Below are positions 61,711 to 64,000 of a stretch of DNA of 64,000 nucleotides, piece by piece. The notes below the pieces were generated by a model that saw only the letters and a program-made list of their open reading frames with translations, was not told the DNA's origin and searched no databases. Both the position numbers and the translations under genes were made by a program. This DNA is from a virus: positions 64,001-128,000 of IMG/VR virus record IMGVR_UViG_3300008267_000004; one strand, 5' to 3'. Numbering within the stretch: position 1 is the first letter of the stretch; each line of letters begins with the position of its first letter.

Positions 61711-63732
61711 TCAATTATCAAATATTACAAATACAGGATTTGATGGATTACTTTGTGGAAGTATACCAATATTTCCTACATGAGAATCATGTAAATAATT
61801 TCCAGTTTTTATAAACAAATAAATTGTCTTTGCTAAACTCACAAATTCATTTTTTGTTAAAGCACTTGGATACATTTTCTTTTTTTGCATAAAATCTTTA
61901 AATATAGAAGCGATCTTTTCTTGGCTAAAAAGAAAAAACTTTTTACTATATTTCTGCTCTATTTCTATCATCATATCCTTACACAATTCATAGTCAGATT
62001 CAGCATCATCTGCAGATCTTCTAGTTTCTTCCATAAAATCTGATAATGGAATTACTCTAGCCATTTCTACATAATTTACTTGCTCTCCAGCATCAAGTTT
62101 TATTTCACCCTCGTCATATATTGGAAGATCTGTAATATTACCAGCACTTGAGAACATTCTTGCTTTTGTTCCCTTATACCAATACATATCACCACCGCCA
62201 GAATAGTCATCCTGATATAGTTTTAATATATGCCCATTATCTAGTAGGTAGATAAAACCTTTTGTTCCAGCTGTTAACAACTCTTGAATTGGCTTACTTA
62301 ACACAGGGCATTTTTTTACTAACTCAACGGCATCTTGTAAACTTAAATTAAAATATTTAAGAATATTTTTAGTTCTTTTTCTTTGCCCAAGCTTTAAAAT
62401 ATCATATTCTTCTACATCGCCAATTAGTTTAAAAAAATTTTCTTTTTGTATATCCGATAATGAATCAAATAGTGGATTAGATTGGTTTTCTCCAATTGGA
62501 CCAAATGATTCGCCCGGTGCAATTGTCGCGCCGCCAGCTTGTTTACTTCTTTTTCTATAAACTTTAGCTACGCCACCAGTTCTATCTTTACTGTACGGAT
62601 ATTTAGAGGTTATTTTAGCATCTTTATATGGATTTGGCAAGGACTTTTTTTTACTTAAATTTTTTGGAGATTTTAATTTTGCTAATTTTTTTTCTTGCAT
62701 TTTTTTCTTTAGAGCTAATCTCTTTTTCTTGACTTTCTCTAAAAATTCAGAAATCTCCTCTGATAACTCCTCTGTGCCTTGTAGTTCTTTTTCAAAGATT
62801 TTATGTATCTTTGCATTCATACTTCTGGACTTTTCCTGTTGTAGTTGTGCCCATTCAAGATCTAGCTTGTTTCCTGGTTTTCTTTTCGCGTGTTTAGATC
62901 TTGAATCTGCTCTTATTTTCCAATAATTACTTAAAGTGGCTTCCCCTAATAAATTTTTAGTATTTCTGACTAACATCTCATTGAATGTTTCATCAGAAAT
63001 TCCTATCTCCCTATCTGTTTTTTTAAACCTGTTAGATGTTATTAATCGATCAAAACCTTCTGATTTAGAAGGTTCTTCAAAGTTTTTATATATTTCTTCG
63101 TAATCTGATTTAGATACTCCCCTATCAAATTCTGGACCGTATCTTTCTAGGAAGTCTTTTGCTCTTAATTCCGCTGATCTTAAAATTTGTTTTTCATATC
63201 CCTTAAAAGGAAATACAACACCAATTATATTAAAATCGTCCCTGCCAGATATATAATCAATTGTAGTTTTTCTATTGCTTCTAGTCATATGTATTGCATC
63301 TACTACAATATTTTTTACATCAGAAGAAATAGCATTTTTTAATTCTGAATCATATATGGCATTTAATTCTTCACCAGCAGCATGAGCGTTTTCAAACGCT
63401 AATTCTTCTACTTCCTTTCCCTTACTCTTACTGAATCTTGTATATTTTGTTAATCTTCCAAGTTTCTTTTTTTCTGGATGCTCTTCACCAACTTCAAGAT
63501 CTTGTGTTGGAACCTTAAAAATATCCTTGTTTGCTAGATTATATTTTGGAAATATAACATCCTCTATTATTTCATCTTTAGATATAATAATTCTATTGTC
63601 CTTAACATTGTTCTCTATCCAGCTAGATTTTCCTACAGCTGGCGGTCCTATTAAGACAAAGAAATTTCTTTTAGAAGAATTAGATTCTTCTTTTTCTTCT
63701 AATAGCCATTTCTTGAATTTAAATATATTCAC
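61711..63732 (-). CDS. Fusion: N-terminal P-loop (PNK/AAA_33-like) kinase plus C-terminal minimal protein-kinase-like domain
   Basis: IGPPAVGKSSW, VVDAIHM...RK; AGTKGFIY, ILKLY, VEMARV, HDSHVGNIG, ends IFDN. Confidence 0.7.
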   Translation of the reverse strand: MNIFKFKKWLLEEKEESNSSKRNFFVLIGPPAVGKSSWIENNVKDNRIIISKDEIIEDVIFPKYNLANKDIFKVPTQDLEVGEEHPEKKKLGRLTKYTRFSKSKGKEVEELAFENAHAAGEELNAIYDSELKNAISSDVKNIVVDAIHMTRSNRKTTIDYISGRDDFNIIGVVFPFKGYEKQILRSAELRAKDFLERYGPEFDRGVSKSDYEEIYKNFEEPSKSEGFDRLITSNRFKKTDREIGISDETFNEMLVRNTKNLLGEATLSNYWKIRADSRSKHAKRKPGNKLDLEWAQLQQEKSRSMNAKIHKIFEKELQGTEELSEEISEFLEKVKKKRLALKKKMQEKKLAKLKSPKNLSKKKSLPNPYKDAKITSKYPYSKDRTGGVAKVYRKRSKQAGGATIAPGESFGPIGENQSNPLFDSLSDIQKENFFKLIGDVEEYDILKLGQRKRTKNILKYFNLSLQDAVELVKKCPVLSKPIQELLTAGTKGFIYLLDNGHILKLYQDDYSGGGDMYWYKGTKARMFSSAGNITDLPIYDEGEIKLDAGEQVNYVEMARVIPLSDFMEETRRSADDAESDYELCKDMMIEIEQKYSKKFFLFSQEKIASIFKDFMQKKKMYPSALTKNEFVSLAKTIYLFIKTGNYLHDSHVGNIGILPQSNPSNPVFVIFDN

Positions 63733-63734
63733 TA

Positions 63735-64000
63735 CTAACCTCCAACTTTAACTTTCATAATCAAGAAGCCGTCTTTAACCTCTGAACTAACAGTACTTGC
63801 TTTTCCGCTTGATACTCTGGATCCACCAACATCTCTACCTCTTACCGCATCAACAGCCATAGCTCTTGCGTCCATTTGAGCAGACTCTAATCCCATGCTG
63901 CCACCTCTTACAGGAACTTTTACGGTTACTACATTTCCATCTACCTTAAGGACTTCACCTCTTCCAGCTTTTTTGGCAGGGGCTGATGGTTTGACAGAGC
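63735..64000 (-). CDS. Partial CDS (runs off window end), hypothetical
   Basis: Open frame of 88 codons ending ...MKVKVGG*. Confidence 0.55.
   Translation of the reverse strand, partial: SVKPSAPAKKAGRGEVLKVDGNVVTVKVPVRGGSMGLESAQMDARAMAVDAVRGRDVGGSRVSSGKASTVSSEVKDGFLIMKVKVGG

Noticed and set aside
564-63751. All plus-strand ORFs in the track
   Set aside because: They are antisense shadows of minus-strand genes or tRNAs, lack SD signals and recognisable motifs, and the minus strand is already fully tiled
1-64000. Stop-codon recoding (alternative genetic code)
   Set aside because: Long genes are intact under code 11, TAG/TGA/TAA all end genes, and no CTA, TCA or TTA suppressor tRNA is present
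1-64000. Eukaryotic giant virus or bacterial chromosome origin
   Set aside because: sigma70 promoters, SD sites, tmRNA, CCA-encoding tRNAs and a GH19 lysin argue against an NCLDV; single-strand coding, dense tiny hypothetical ORFs and no housekeeping operons argue against a chromosome

Overview
This window looks like part of a large lytic bacteriophage genome (jumbo/huge-phage type). Every credible gene and RNA is on the minus strand, and many genes sit behind sigma70-type promoters. From left to right it contains: (1) 1-23.7 kb, an AT-rich block with glycosyltransferases and gmd, a PD-(D/E)XK nuclease, PIN-PhoH, a SpoU methylase, a CxxCH protein, tRNA-Ala and tRNA-Gly, ClpP, tmRNA, a GH19 lysin, a ligase-like/nucleotidyltransferase fusion, a DEDDh exonuclease, an HNH nuclease and two minimal kinase-like paralogs; (2) 23.9-29.7 kb, a GC-richer early-type region of small genes separated by repeated promoter and palindrome elements; (3) 29.9-41.4 kb, a tandem array of about 46 divergent 60-110 aa proteins predicted to be SH3/KOW-like, interrupted by an HNH endonuclease and a Zn deaminase; (4) 42.3-47.6 kb, a 26-tRNA operon, including rare Ser(AGA) and Ile(UAU), interleaved with several structured non-coding RNAs; (5) 47.6-64 kb, small genes, gp88-like, a MoxR AAA+/vWA pair, and a HAD phosphatase next to a P-loop/kinase fusion. 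The most interesting signals are a three-copy ~210-nt ncRNA family with covarying stems, a 344-nt RNA carrying a 23S rRNA GTPase-centre look-alike, a second two-copy tRNA-linked ncRNA, the SH3-like array, and a fixed-position TACTCTATC box upstream of many promoters. All product calls are from motif recognition by eye; no database searches were run.
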